Source of the DNA: Octopus bimaculoides
Taxonomy: Eukaryota
Assembly: GCF_001194135.2 (NCBI RefSeq)
Contig: NC_068981.1
Span: 45,825,746-45,870,317, forward strand
Direction of reading: 5' to 3'
Length of the DNA: 44,572 nt
Every line of letters begins with the position of its first letter. Position 1 is the stretch's first letter. Below the pieces are notes generated by a model that searched no databases, had not been told where the DNA came from, and worked only from the letters and a program-made list of their open reading frames with translations. The translations under genes were made by a program, and so were the position numbers. Of the stretch, positions 23,275-34,965 are shown piece after piece.

Positions 23275-26200
23275 AGATCCAGAAATAGGTAATATATTTT
23301 CGAAATATTGTAGAGCGTTTTACAAAAGTTTCCTGCTTCGAAGCCAGCTATTTTGTTTTCTTTATAGAAATCAGGTCAAGAGTTATTCGGTGTGTTTAGA
23401 TCAGAATTAAGAATTGGGTCATAACAATATAAACAATATTGTGGCAAACGACGAAATTCTTCGTTCAACACCTTTGGCGTTTCTTATAATATTCCTCAAT
23501 TTCGCTGAGAAAACTGTTCCAATTAAATTCGTCGTGTAACTAAAGGAGAACATTTAAATTATCCTTAGAAATGTCAAACTACGGTTGATTAGAAATATGA
23601 GCAATCGTTTGCATTCTCCAGTGACTCTACAAATAACTCATATTTGTCAACATTATGCAAAGAATTCATTTCAGATGTCGTTCATATTTTTTTATCTATT
23701 CCAGTTTCTGTTTCTTCAATTTACTGCACTTGCTATAGTGAAAAATTTCAAGTTCGCTTTATAATTGTGGATACCCATATCAAATGCATCAATTAAATGA
23801 TTAAATGTGTACTTAAAATATTTTCAAAGCTAAAATAATAATTTTGTCCGTTGTTAAAAATGTGGTGCTGTTTTTGGTAGCGTAGGATGTAAACTGATAT
23901 TTGAATGGTTAATTTTTAGAGATCGCTTTGTCAACGATGAGTAAAATATGTGAGTTATCAGGAACAAGTGTATAATTTTATGTCCATGTGACAAGAAATA
24001 TAGTAAAAGATTTCTGAATGTAGCACATGTCTTACCGAAATTTCCAGCTGTTTTACTCAGATTAATGTTATTAACCGAACTATTACTTTACAATTTGGAG
24101 ATGGCAGTTTTTCTATTGCAGTGTTATATTTCATTTGCATGAGCTTTCAAATTATAGAAATGTCGTTATTGATAACGAATTTTGAGCGAATGGAACTGAC
24201 TGCATCTAAATATTTCTGATATCAATTTGCTGCTTGAATATCAACACTCACAAATTGGTATTTCTTTTACATTTGCACAACCAGATATTGCATGACTTAG
24301 ATGATTTGTACCAGGTGTATTCATTATATTTTAAGTGTTTGAAGAATATGTATTACATATTATAAATAACACATTACGCATTATGTCTGTTTTGTCGTTG
24401 CATTTAAGTATTTATCCATTATTGATAAATGCAACAAGTGGTTGAACATTTTGAAATGTCTATCATTATGAACATAGAAGACTGTTCTTTTACTGGTATT
24501 TTTTATCGATAAACAGCGTGCATGTCAATAGTTATTTTTATCCATAGAAAGCGTGCATACATTTTCCTGCACCTAACAAAAAAGTGGAGGTGGATCTTTA
24601 AACTATTTGAGTTAGGTGATATTTTAGATTCACTATTTGTGTCTAAAAGTGGTTTAACGAGTTTTATTTTTAATCATAAATAGCCTACACTATGTCACTC
24701 TCAACTTAACTAATTTATAGGAAAGGCGGACAAATTATAGTGTAACTCAGAAAAGGGTATGCGTGCAGGTAACCAGCTTGTAAAGTAAGCAATGGAATGC
24801 AGTAATAAACGAACAAACATGCATATTATTGGCTCGCAATTGTTGATAATTTCGCATTTGAAGCACTCGATCTGAAAATGTAGCATCTATTGTTCGTAAT
24901 TAAATTTTAAATTACTATATTTTATGTTCAAACAATATCATTAAATCCGCAGATTGATAACGGAGAAATTATTAAGGGACGTATTTCTGTGTTTGTTCCA
25001 TCATAACACGATATTTCATGAAATTAGTTAATCATAAACAAATTTGTTTATAATAAAAAAATAACTTTTTCTTACATTTAAGAATACAACCTATTTTAGA
25101 TCTATTTCCTTAAAAAAAAAAACATTCACATTTAAAACACTTCATGATTTCATTGTCTTGCGATATTAAAGTCGCATGAATTCTATGTAATATGTGCTCT
25201 CAAGTTTAGTATTTCGAAATGTTTTTGAATGTTAAAGAAAGAATAATTTTCGGGTATTACTTTCTTTTCAATGGAATATGGTTAGCTAAGCACGACACAG
25301 TACATATCGGGTACCTGAGGTGACTTATTTTATTTTCATAGATATATTGCAATGATGGAATTTGTTTAGAAACAAATTTCACTATCACTGTATGGTTAAA
25401 CATATTTACAAGCAATATTTGGTTATTTCAAGGCGTTTGCTCTGTAACTCGAATATATAATTCGATCGATAATACACATTGTAAAAGACGTATTATGGTG
25501 TTATGCAGAACCTGACAGTGAACCTTGATATTTTGCGTAAAAATAACTGGCAATTAAAATTCCGAAACAGCTATTTTAGATAAAGAGAAGGTACATATGT
25601 TCAATATATTGGCTGTAATTTATATAATGGATAAGTGAATGCTTATTTGAATATGTGAAAATGTGTTTCATTAATTATATACGAGATTGAGAAAACAGAA
25701 AACGATAAAAGCCCATTCCGTTAGACATCAAGACAGTTAAATTACATTTAGTATTATATAACACACACTTGCATCGAGGAATTCAATGTATTTATTTCAA
25801 ATCTATATTTGAAGATATACTCCGATAATCTGCTGTTCATCTACTAAATTCTTCCAACTATATTTAATATCACTTCCATCATATTATGTCATTATTATGT
25901 TGCATGATGCATCGGGAAGCAGAATATATTATATCATATAGCGTGCAAATTCAAATGATATATGGAAATGTATAACAATCTAAATAAATGTTTGATGTGG
26001 GAGCTCGCTAAAAATAAACAAGGTTCACAATATATTATTATTGTATATTATTGTACAGAAAAATGAATATATTCTGAATTACTTCAACATACACACACAA
26101 ATACGCAAACGCATACACACACATACACACATGAATTTCCATTAACGGCTGAATAAATATATCATTTAAATAATATATTGCGTAAAGTAACTCGAGTAAA

Positions 26201-26351
26201 ATGATACTTTATTTCATTTATGTCATTAACAGATATATAATTTTAGTGTTTGTATCTCATGTCAAAATAAACAACGTTTGATGTGATGTTTTTTAAAACT
26301 TTTCTAAGGTCACTCTGATATGAGATTTCTTTGTTATTATTATCTCCAAAG

Positions 26352-26459
26352 GAGGAAACTTTAATCATGATATACATATTCCCTGTCCTGAAAATGCATA
26401 CTGCTACTTGGTTAAGCTGAGGAAACACAACTGCTCATCAGAAGCTCGTCATAGGAATG
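26352..26459 (+). CDS. Candidate exon
   Basis: Acceptor TTATTATCTCCAAAG| and donor ATG|GTGACA. Frame GNFNHDIHIPCPENAYCYLVKLRKHNCSSEARHRN (phase 1 to 1). Confidence 0.3.
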
Positions 26460-26613
26460 GTGACACTGAGAAATATTTCCTGAACCTATAAAATAAGAAA
26501 TATGTTAAAAATTAATGCTACTAAATCCCATAGTTATTGGAATAAATATTCATATCAACTTCATTTCCGGCATCAATTTCTATAAATATGCCTTCAAATC
26601 AATCTCATGCTAG

Positions 26614-26694
26614 GCAGAGATATGGTATGGAGAAGGAGAAACTATATAGACTTGAAATGCCGAAATTAACTTGTGCACTCCGTTTGAGAGCTAG
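26614..26694 (+). CDS. Candidate exon
   Basis: Acceptor CTCATGCTAG| and donor TAG|GTATAA. Frame QRYGMEKEKLYRLEMPKLTCALRLRA (phase 2 to 2). Confidence 0.3.
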
Positions 26695-28099
26695 GTATAA
26701 TATCTACAGTGACAATTTATTTTACTGAAATAGTTCTAAGGAGCGCACAAGTGAAAATGGCGGAATGCAAAAATCCAGTCTCCATTTTCATATATATTGA
26801 ATTGTATTACGGGACACTATCTTCGGGGGAAATAATTTGGTTAGATGGTCATCTTAAGCAAAGAGCTACTGCAATAAATAGCTTTCAGTTTTTTCTCCAT
26901 TATTTTCATATGTGAAACTTTTCTTCATCAAATTATTGCATTATAAATATATGTCTCTGTAATATTAACTTCTCCATAGATAAGTACGTAATTACACGAA
27001 GATATTTGTTTACGCCTTAATTTTTTTTGTATAAGCAGTCCTTATTTTTTATATTTACTCTAGTTACTGCACAATATTATATTTATTTCCATATAGATAC
27101 GTATGCACTTTGAGTGCGGCAGTCTGTGTGTTATTTCTATATAGTCTGTGATTTTGTCTACACACATTTTGATATATTTAATTTTCACAACTCCCTGTGA
27201 AACTATTCTCACTACGGAATCTATTTAATTAAATAAGCTTGTCTTTAGTTATAATTAACTTTTCCTGTGCCGACATTAAAACTTGTTTATGCATAAGTCC
27301 TGGTATTTTCTTGTTCTAATTATATTCTGTTATTTTCTTTTCCTCAGTTTGCGGAATTCACAATCTTTGACGCACAAATTACTATCTTAATACCTGGCGA
27401 GGTCTTACTTCAACGTCATTGTTCTTCACAGTAGAAAAGACTATGTTTCGTTACTATTGTAGTGTATTTTTATTAATTTATAAGGTGCTAACGTTTCTGA
27501 TTTTTATTCAAAATTATTATATTCTGACAGTAAGGGGACAATTTTTGTTTTTAACCATTACAAATAAATTGTCAATTTTTGTAAATTCTTAAATATATCT
27601 CCTTTTGGTCCTTCGTCCAGCCACCACAGCTGGGAATTATGCAATAGATTCTCCAAACATAATTTTTATTGACCTCAAGTTATATATTGTAGTCCCGTTC
27701 TCGAATACTTTCTTGAACACTTTCTCGTAAACTGTTTTTAACATTTACTTACCATCATCAAATAATGTATAACTATGTTTTAATACTTTTGTGATAACCA
27801 TTATTTAACACAACAAGGCTTATAAAAAGCTTTACATTTTACTTTTGACAATCTTTTTTCTAAAAAAGTGAAAGCAGTCAAGTCGATACACTTCTCTAAA
27901 TATTCATTGCATTTTCAAACCTTATTTCATATATATATAGANNNNNNNNNNNNNNNNNNNNNNNNNNNNNNNNNNNNNNNNNNNNNNNNNNNNNNNNNNN
28001 NNNNNNNNNNNNNNNNNNNNNNNNNNNNNNNNNNNNNNNNNNNNNNNNNNNNNNNNNNNNNNNNNNNNNNNNNNNNNNNNNNNNNATATTACTACGTGA

Positions 28100-28475
28100 T
28101 ATATTTGAAAGAGAGACACTTAAGCGCGGGGAAGATCAAGAGAAGGCTAAGCAAGGATAAACTTGTAGAAATTAAAGATGTGTTGCCGTTTTAAGTGTAT
28201 AATTTGTGGGAGGAAATGCTTAAGTCATGCAGGTCTGGTCAGACATCAGAGTACTCACACGAATCCCTGTACGGTGTCATAAGGCTATCGTTCACAGAAC
28301 AACTTGTGCAAACCGTGGAAATTTGTGCCTCTTTGTTGGAGGATTGAAATAGCATGTCAAAAGATTTCATACTGTGTCACCTGTTCCTTCTACCAGCCAA
28401 CACAGCTGCGCAATATGCAATAGATTGTGGAAACGTTTAACCGTGCTCAAGAGTCAAATAAGTGCCCCACACTGC
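28100..28475 (+). mobile_element. RTE-like LINE 3' remnant encoding three degenerate C2H2 zinc fingers
   Basis: FKCIICGRKCLSHAGLVRHQSTH (28190-28258, complete C-x2-C-x12-H-x3-H), TTCANRGNLCLFVGGLK*HVKRFH and HSCAICNRLWKRLTVLKSQISA. They follow FERE...KIKRRLSK. There are no TGEKP linkers, and there are stops and frameshifts. Confidence 0.65.
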
Positions 28476-28556
28476 ATCGTCAATTACTCATTTCAAGGAT
28501 TTTTTCTAGCAATTGCTTTGCTCGTATACGAGAAAGAAGCTATTATAATATAGCTG

Positions 28557-28609
28557 TCTTAACTGACGAGGCAACGGAATTTGCCGAAATTGACGCGTCA
28601 GTATTGAGA
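28557..28609 (+). ncRNA. Type I hammerhead ribozyme with intact catalytic core
   Basis: Stem I TCTTAA/TTGAGA; CTGACGA (28563-28569); stem II GGCAA/TTGCC; GAAA (28586-28589); stem III ATTGAC/GTCAGT around the palindrome TGACGCGTCA; GUA cleavage triplet at 28601-28603. Confidence 0.8.
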
Positions 28610-29008
28610 GTTCTCGATCGGCGCACTTTTCGGAGGATCTTATGGTCCCTTTTAGTGTATATGTTTTTATTCATGTATATATGTGTCCATGTGTGTGTGT
28701 GTCTGTGTCTGTGTGTGCGTATGTGTGTGTGTGTGTGTGTATGTGTGTGTGTGTGTGTATGCGTCCGTGTGTGTGTGTATGTGTATGCGTCCGCGTGTGT
28801 GTATGTATATCTATATACATACAGCCTCAATAGAAACTGACGGTCTACACACGTTTGAATAATATAATTCTTCCGAGGTTGCGCTAGCTATGAAACACAC
28901 AGACGCACACATGTATACGTACGTATACATAAAAGCGTTGTACGTTTGTATTTCTGAATGCATGTATATATATTTATATATACATCTATAAACACACACA
29001 CACACAGA

Positions 29009-29054
<46 letters not shown>

Positions 29055-29542
29055 ATTATATGTATATATATGAATTCGCGCGCACCCGTGTGCGAATGAG
29101 TTTCTGTGTGCATATATATTTCATATATATTTGTAATTTATTTTCTTTATTTCTTATTTAAAAATATAAATTATGACGAGGGGAAAAGGAACCATCAACT
29201 TAGCAATGACCGTCTTTCATAAGCTTGAACTATAAGACATTTCGGTATTATTTTATTGATGTACACAACAAAACCAGCTACTAACAAAACCAAAGAAATA
29301 AAAGACACGTGAACAAGAAATTAAACAAATACATGTGTCAAGAAAAAAATATGAATGAATATACAAGACAGAGTCAGTGGGGCAACTGACAAGTGGAATG
29401 AAAAGCGACAAGCCACGATCCCAGTCAAAAAGGTCAAACACTGATATTCCACAGGTAGTTAAAAAAATAATAGTAACCAAACAGAAATAAAAATGAAAGA
29501 TTATCTAAGAGGCAATAAAACGAGACAGACGCTGTGGATACA

Positions 29543-29614
29543 AATGAAGTACGCCAGAATGAAGTCAGAATGAAGTACGCCAGAATGAAGTACGCCAGAA
29601 TGAGGTGTGCCGAG
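29543..29614. repeat. 15-bp minisatellite AATGAAGTACGCCAG, about 5 imperfect units
   Basis: Three exact units, one internally deleted unit and one diverged unit are directly visible. Confidence 0.9.
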
Positions 29615-31689
29615 AATACTGAAACTAATACTACGATGCAAAGCACAAACAGATACAAAACATTCGTGTGTAACTAAACGGATAGAATCACACGCACACA
29701 CGCGCACTCGCACACACATACACACACATGTGTGTATATGTGTGTGTTTGTGTGAGTGTGTGAGTGTGTAACTCTGTATGTGTGCGTGTGTGTGTGTACA
29801 CGCCCGAACATATTTATGTAGGCACATGTATATATATTTTCTTATTAACAAAATAGTAGTACTTCATAACAGTAAGTTAGAAGATGAAGCTGGCACGATC
29901 CAGCTTCGTGATATTTGCAAAATCTATAAGAGAAAGTGACGTGACATGATATTGAATACAGAATATTTCTCTCACTATAAAAAGAAACAATGATTCAATA
30001 TATACAAGTATTTCATATAAACTGAAATTCTGGGAGGCTTTCGTCAATGGGCTAGGATGAAATATCACAAAAATACGATATACTGCCATCTTATGTATTC
30101 CGTGGTTATCGCCATTCGTATAAGGTGGAAAATATGAAAGTAATTAGTGGTTATATATTAGTTACTCTGAAGATTTTTAAGTACGTTTAGCTCAATAGTG
30201 AATATGCCAAAACTTCAGCATCACTACTGACAAGTGCATTGTATGTAATACGTTAACATGTGAGTGATACAAAATCATATTTCATTGTGACGTGAACATG
30301 GACAGTAGTCATTGGGATTTCAAGATGCCCATAAATTTTATGAAGAAAATGTGGTTTTGGGCTATCAAGTTCTTCAAAATTGGTGCTGTACCTCTGTGTG
30401 TGTGTGTATATATATNNNNNNNNNNNNNNNNNNNNNNNNNNNNNNNNNNNNNNNNNNNNNNNNNNNNNNNNNNNNNNNNNNNNNNNNNNNNNNNNNNNNN
30501 NNNNNNNNNNNNNNNNNNNNNNNNNNNNNNNNNNNNNNNNNNNNNNNNNNNNNNNNNNNNNNNNNNNNNNNNNNNNNNNNNNNNNNNNNNNNNNNNNNNN
30601 NNNNNNNNNNNNNNNNNNNNNNNNNNNNNNNNNNNNNNNNNNNNNNNNNNNNNNNNNNNNNNNNNNNNNNNNNNNNNNNNNNNNNNNNNNNNNNNNNNNN
30701 NNNNNNNNNNNNNNNNNNNNNNNNNNNNNNNNNNNNNNNNNNNNNNNNNNNNNNNNNNNNNNNNNNNNNNNNNNNNNNNNNNNNNNNNNNNNNNNNNNNN
30801 NNNNNNNNNNNNNNNNNNNNNNNNNNNNNNNNNNNNNNNNNNNNNNNNNNNNNNNNNNNNNNNNNNNNNNNNNNNNNNNNNNNNNNNNNNNNNNNNNNNN
30901 NNNNNNNNNNNNNNNNNNNNNNNNNNNNNNNNNNNNNNNNNNNNNNNNNNNNNNNNNNNNNNNNNNNNNNNNNNNNNNNNNNNNNNNNNNNNNNNNNNNN
31001 NNNNNNNNNNNNNNNNNNNNNNNNNNNNNNNNNNNNNNNNNNNNNNNNNNNNNNNNNNNNNNNNNNNNNNNNNNNNNNNNNNNNNNNNNNNNNNNNNNNN
31101 NNNNNNNNNNNNNNNNNNNNNNNNNNNNNNNNNNNNNNNNNNNNNNNNNNNNNNNNNNNNNNNNNNNNNNNNNNNNNNNNNNNNNNNNNNNNNNNNNNNN
31201 NNNNNNNNNNNNNNNNNNNNNNNNNNNNNNNNNNNNNNNNNNNNNNNNNNNNNNNNNNNNNNNNNNNNNNNNNNNNNNNNNNNNNNNNNNNNNNNNNNNN
31301 NNNNNNNNNNNNNNNNNNNNNNNNNNNNNNNNNNNNNNNNNNNNNNNNNNNNNNNNNNNNNNNNNNNNNNNNNNNNNNNNNNATGGGAGGGGAGAGAAAG
31401 AGAGGAAGAGAGGGGAGAGTGTGGGTATAAAAGAGGAGAGAGTGTGGGTATAAGAGAGGGAAGGTGGATGTGAGAGAGGGGGATGGTGGGTATGGGGGGA
31501 GAAAGAGAGGAAGAGAAAGAGTGACACACACAGACATGCATGGATACATTCATGCACACATACATACACACATACATGCATACCTACATACATACATATA
31601 TACATACATACATACATATAAACATGCATTCATGTGGAAACCCGAAAAATACTAACAAGCACACAAAATTTCCGCGTAGACTGCATCTA

Positions 31690-32637
31690 CCTAAAACGAA
31701 AATAATGTGGCAGCGGCTTAACATCGATCCAACATAACTTTGAATGTCGCATTATATCGGTTCGGCAACATCGTTTAACCATCGAGTATCGAAGTTCATC
31801 CGTTGACCAAGTTTGCATACATGAAGCTGATAACATGATAAGACTTGGAAGGTAGCTCCTTGAGCAAAACTCTTTATCTGATAACATAAAATAAGTGCTC
31901 AAAGCCGTCGCACGACATTACAATAACGTACCATCAGATAATAGGATGAGCCTATATGAGCAGATGATTATGCATGGATATGTTAGTAGAAATCTTCGTG
32001 ATGATAGTAACATCGATCATCAACGCAGTTTATCATGGACCAGTAGCCGGATTACTACCGTGAACAGGAAATGTTAACAAAGTACCTGATGCAAAAAAGG
32101 GATAGAGTTGCAGGAAAAGCCGTAAAATGTTACAACTGATGCAGTTTGTGGAATTCATACTGATGATAGTATCTACATTATAAGCAGTTTTCCGAAAATG
32201 TCATTATGGTATTATCTACCAATGCGACATGATATTGTAGCTAGGACACTTTATAATGAAATCCGACGGAAGAATAATCCAGAGGACAAAGAAATAGAAG
32301 CCCACACTATTGTAGAAGACATAGCCACTTATAATGAAAAAGGAATACTGGTAGAAATCAGCTTCCCAGCGGATTTTAACATAAAGCTAAAGTTCAGTGA
32401 AAAAGAGAATACCTACGGTGAACTATACTGAAATGTAGAGGTAGTGTATCCAGATTACAAATTCAGGCTTGCGCCTGCAATTAATGGTGCTCTGGGATGT
32501 ACAACACAGCCTAAGTAGCAGTCTTGAGAAATCAGGCTTCTCAAAACCAGAAAGGAGAAAACTGATTCGAAAAGTACAAATAGATTCCATTAGGGAAACT
32601 GTAAAAGTTGTTAAACTTTTCAGTTTTATCATTTAAA
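31690..32637 (+). mobile_element. Non-LTR retrotransposon 3' remnant with CCHC knuckle and restriction-like endonuclease (R2/R4/NeSL/CRE group)
   Basis: Degenerate C..C...HIISS-PKMS..YYLPMRHDIVARTLYNEIRRK, then VEISFPADFNIKLKFSEKENTYGEL, YPDYKFR.AP..GALG, and SLEKSGFSKPERRKLIRKVQ. Multiple stops and frameshifts. Confidence 0.85.
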
Positions 32638-33039
32638 TATATATGAGCATTTCTAGTCATGCAACTATTTGCATGAGAATACATGCATGAAAGAGAACAC
32701 GCAAATCTGCTCATATATATATATAACCATGCAAAAATACTCTCTTGTTGATGTTGAAGTGCCAGAGAATGAGCCTAGGATACAGGTTAGTAATCGGCTC
32801 TAAAACGGAATAATGGCATACATATATATCTACATGCATATATGCACACACAAACACATATACATATATAAATGCGAATGTCCGCATGTCTTAATCCAAA
32901 ATAGAAACCAACACCATTTCTGCTTTTGATCGTCTTCAATAATTCTAAATATATTAAGATAATTTCTCCATATGAAACCAATGTTAACGTCGATTCAGAT
33001 AAATTTAATCCACTAACGTGGTGTTGAGCTGTCCTTTGA

Positions 33040-34073
33040 ATATATATTCATATAATTTTGCGCATGTGTATTTCTTGTTTTTTGATTTTGTCGACTGTAC
33101 AGTATAATAGGTTCAGTAGGGCCCCGTCTGTAGGACAACAGTACAATGACGCAATTCATTCTGCCAGAAATTTGGAGACGACATGTTGTACTGCTTGGCA
33201 TTTGCACCGGAGGCTCGAACACGAACATTTCAGAATGTTTGGGTTTTAATCCGGAGAAAGCTCAGAGGATTCAAAAAGATTTGGATGAGTCTAATGGTAA
33301 TTACGAAGGTACAGCAGTTCTGATGACTCACTCTGATAATTCTATGAAGCGTTGAACAAAGTTAAGCAACCCCTCAAAGCGAACAAGCTTTGGTTTTTCG
33401 CTGACGAGTTATGCCATGATCAGATGCTGAATACACAGAACGACCGTTGGCGTACCGTGTCCGCACAACAAGTACTAAGTGTGGTAAAAATCAAACATCC
33501 ATTCAACATCATTGTGATGTGCGTGATCACTAATGATGGCGACGTTATGCCTCTATTCATCTTCCCACAAGCCCTCAGACTCAACGTAGATGCCTACATC
33601 AAGTGCCTGAAGCATGTAGAGCTGCCCTAATTCAAGAGGTTGTCTGATGGAAGACCCCATGTCTGATAACAGGACCCCGCATTTTACCACACAAGCAGGA
33701 GTATCCAGTCGTCTCTGTAAACACTCTGTGTGACATCACCCCTAATATCTGTTCACCCAATTTACCAGACTGCAGCACCCTTGATTATTAGTTGAGCGAG
33801 AGACCAAGAGAAAACTGCTTGTAACACCAAAGTTGAATTGGGGCAAGGATTATGGCATCATTCACCAACGTAAATGAGGAGACAGTCCTGAAGATTTGCA
33901 GAAGATTCTAAAGTCATCTGTAGGGCCAATGGGGATTTTATTGAATAGATTTACTCTCTAGTATTTCAAGATAATTTTTTATGTAACTTTGGTAAATATG
34001 CCTGTAATAGGAGATGTCATTGTTATTTTCAATTTTGCGTAAGTTAGACGGTGATTTATTCACCGCACCTAGA
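33040..34073 (+). mobile_element. IS630-Tc1-mariner superfamily (maT/DD37D-like) transposon remnant, internally deleted
   Basis: WFFADE..HDQMLNTQNDRW...KIKHPFNIIVMCVITNDGDVMPLFIFPQALRLNVDAYIKCL, then QD..F.HTS and PDCSTLDY. A TIR-like 3' end GGTGATTTATTCACCGCACC is at about 34050-34070. The N-terminal part joins abruptly to the catalytic part near 33350. Confidence 0.85.
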
Positions 34074-34098
34074 ATGTATGTATATATATATATATATT

Positions 34099-34687
34099 AA
34101 TAATTAAGGGTCCTACAAGTGGCACCAGCACGCTAAAATAGCAGCCACAGGATGTCGAAAAGCCCAAATTTTCACAGATATATACCAATTGAAATCGGGG
34201 AAAGGAGCAGAAATTCTAAGCCTCCGTACAAATAACGAAAAGAATTGTAAAGTGAAAAGTCAGATATATCTGTATCGACAAATTTAAAACTTTGTGAAAA
34301 TGTAACATATTTACACTTAGCGAGTTTTCCTGAACCAATGGGCATAGATATTGTTCATTTCAGACAATGTACGCGATTTCTGTTTTTAATTCCACACCAG
34401 TTTCAAATAGATAATCGAAGTCAATAATAAATTATAAAAATACATATAACGATATTATTGCTTACAGTAATATCAAGTGGCATAGCGTAAATAATCGCGA
34501 AGTTAATACCATATGTTAAAAGATAATTAATTAATAATTAAGGGTGCCACAAGCGGCACCAGAATTTCTACACATTCTCCTGATTTCAACTAATGTGTCT
34601 CAGTGAAACTTTGTGGTACCAGCCGTCTTCTGGATGCGATTTTTAGCGTGATGGTGCCACTTGTAATACCCTTAATAAGTAATTATT
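34099..34687. mobile_element. MITE-like segment bounded by imperfect inverted repeats of about 45-50 bp, with a third internal copy
   Basis: AATAATTAAGGGTCCTACAAGTGGCACCAGCACGCTAAAATAGCAGCCA (34099-34147) versus an inverted copy at 34631-34687. A direct partial copy is at 34533-34561. Confidence 0.55.
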
Positions 34688-34756
34688 ATTCGCAGTCCGA
34701 CGATAGGGTAAATTTTCGAAGTGGCTGTCAAAGACATTCTTGCTTAAGTATAAGTC

Positions 34757-34965
34757 CTCATGATTGCAGAATGGTTAGCACGCCGAGCAAGATGCATTTC
34801 GTCCATATTTACGTTCGAAGTTCAAATTCCTCCACGCTCACTTCGCCTTTCGTCTGTTCGGGATCAATAAAACAATTACCAGTTGAGAACTGGGCCCTAT
34901 GTAATCGACTAGCACTCTCTCCGGAAATTACAGGCCTTGCGCCAAAATTTGAAACAGAAATTCTT
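34757..34965 (+). mobile_element. tRNA-derived SINE
   Basis: GCAGAATGGTTAGCACGCCG head, B-box-like AAGTTCAAATTCC, and a body with TACCAGTTGAGAACTGGG...TAATCGACT...GGCCTTGCGCC. Same family as 40200-40410. Confidence 0.8.

Noticed and set aside
26430-26445. CTGATGA on the minus strand, and other isolated CTGANGA hits (4613, about 33320, about 33400, about 38395, about 41235)
   Set aside because: None has a stem II followed by GAAA, so they are not hammerheads.
27753-27859. Minus-strand segment with strong acceptor and GTAAGT donor
   Set aside because: All three frames contain stops. It could only be a non-coding or terminal exon, and there is no further support.
29543-29614. CRISPR-like appearance of short direct repeats (also 23193-23274)
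   Set aside because: There are no unique spacers of constant length, no cas genes, and the context is eukaryotic.
30253-30400. Stretch with three overlapping open frames on both strands
   Set aside because: No frame has both good splice sites, and the strand cannot be resolved. The adjacent gap prevents assessment.
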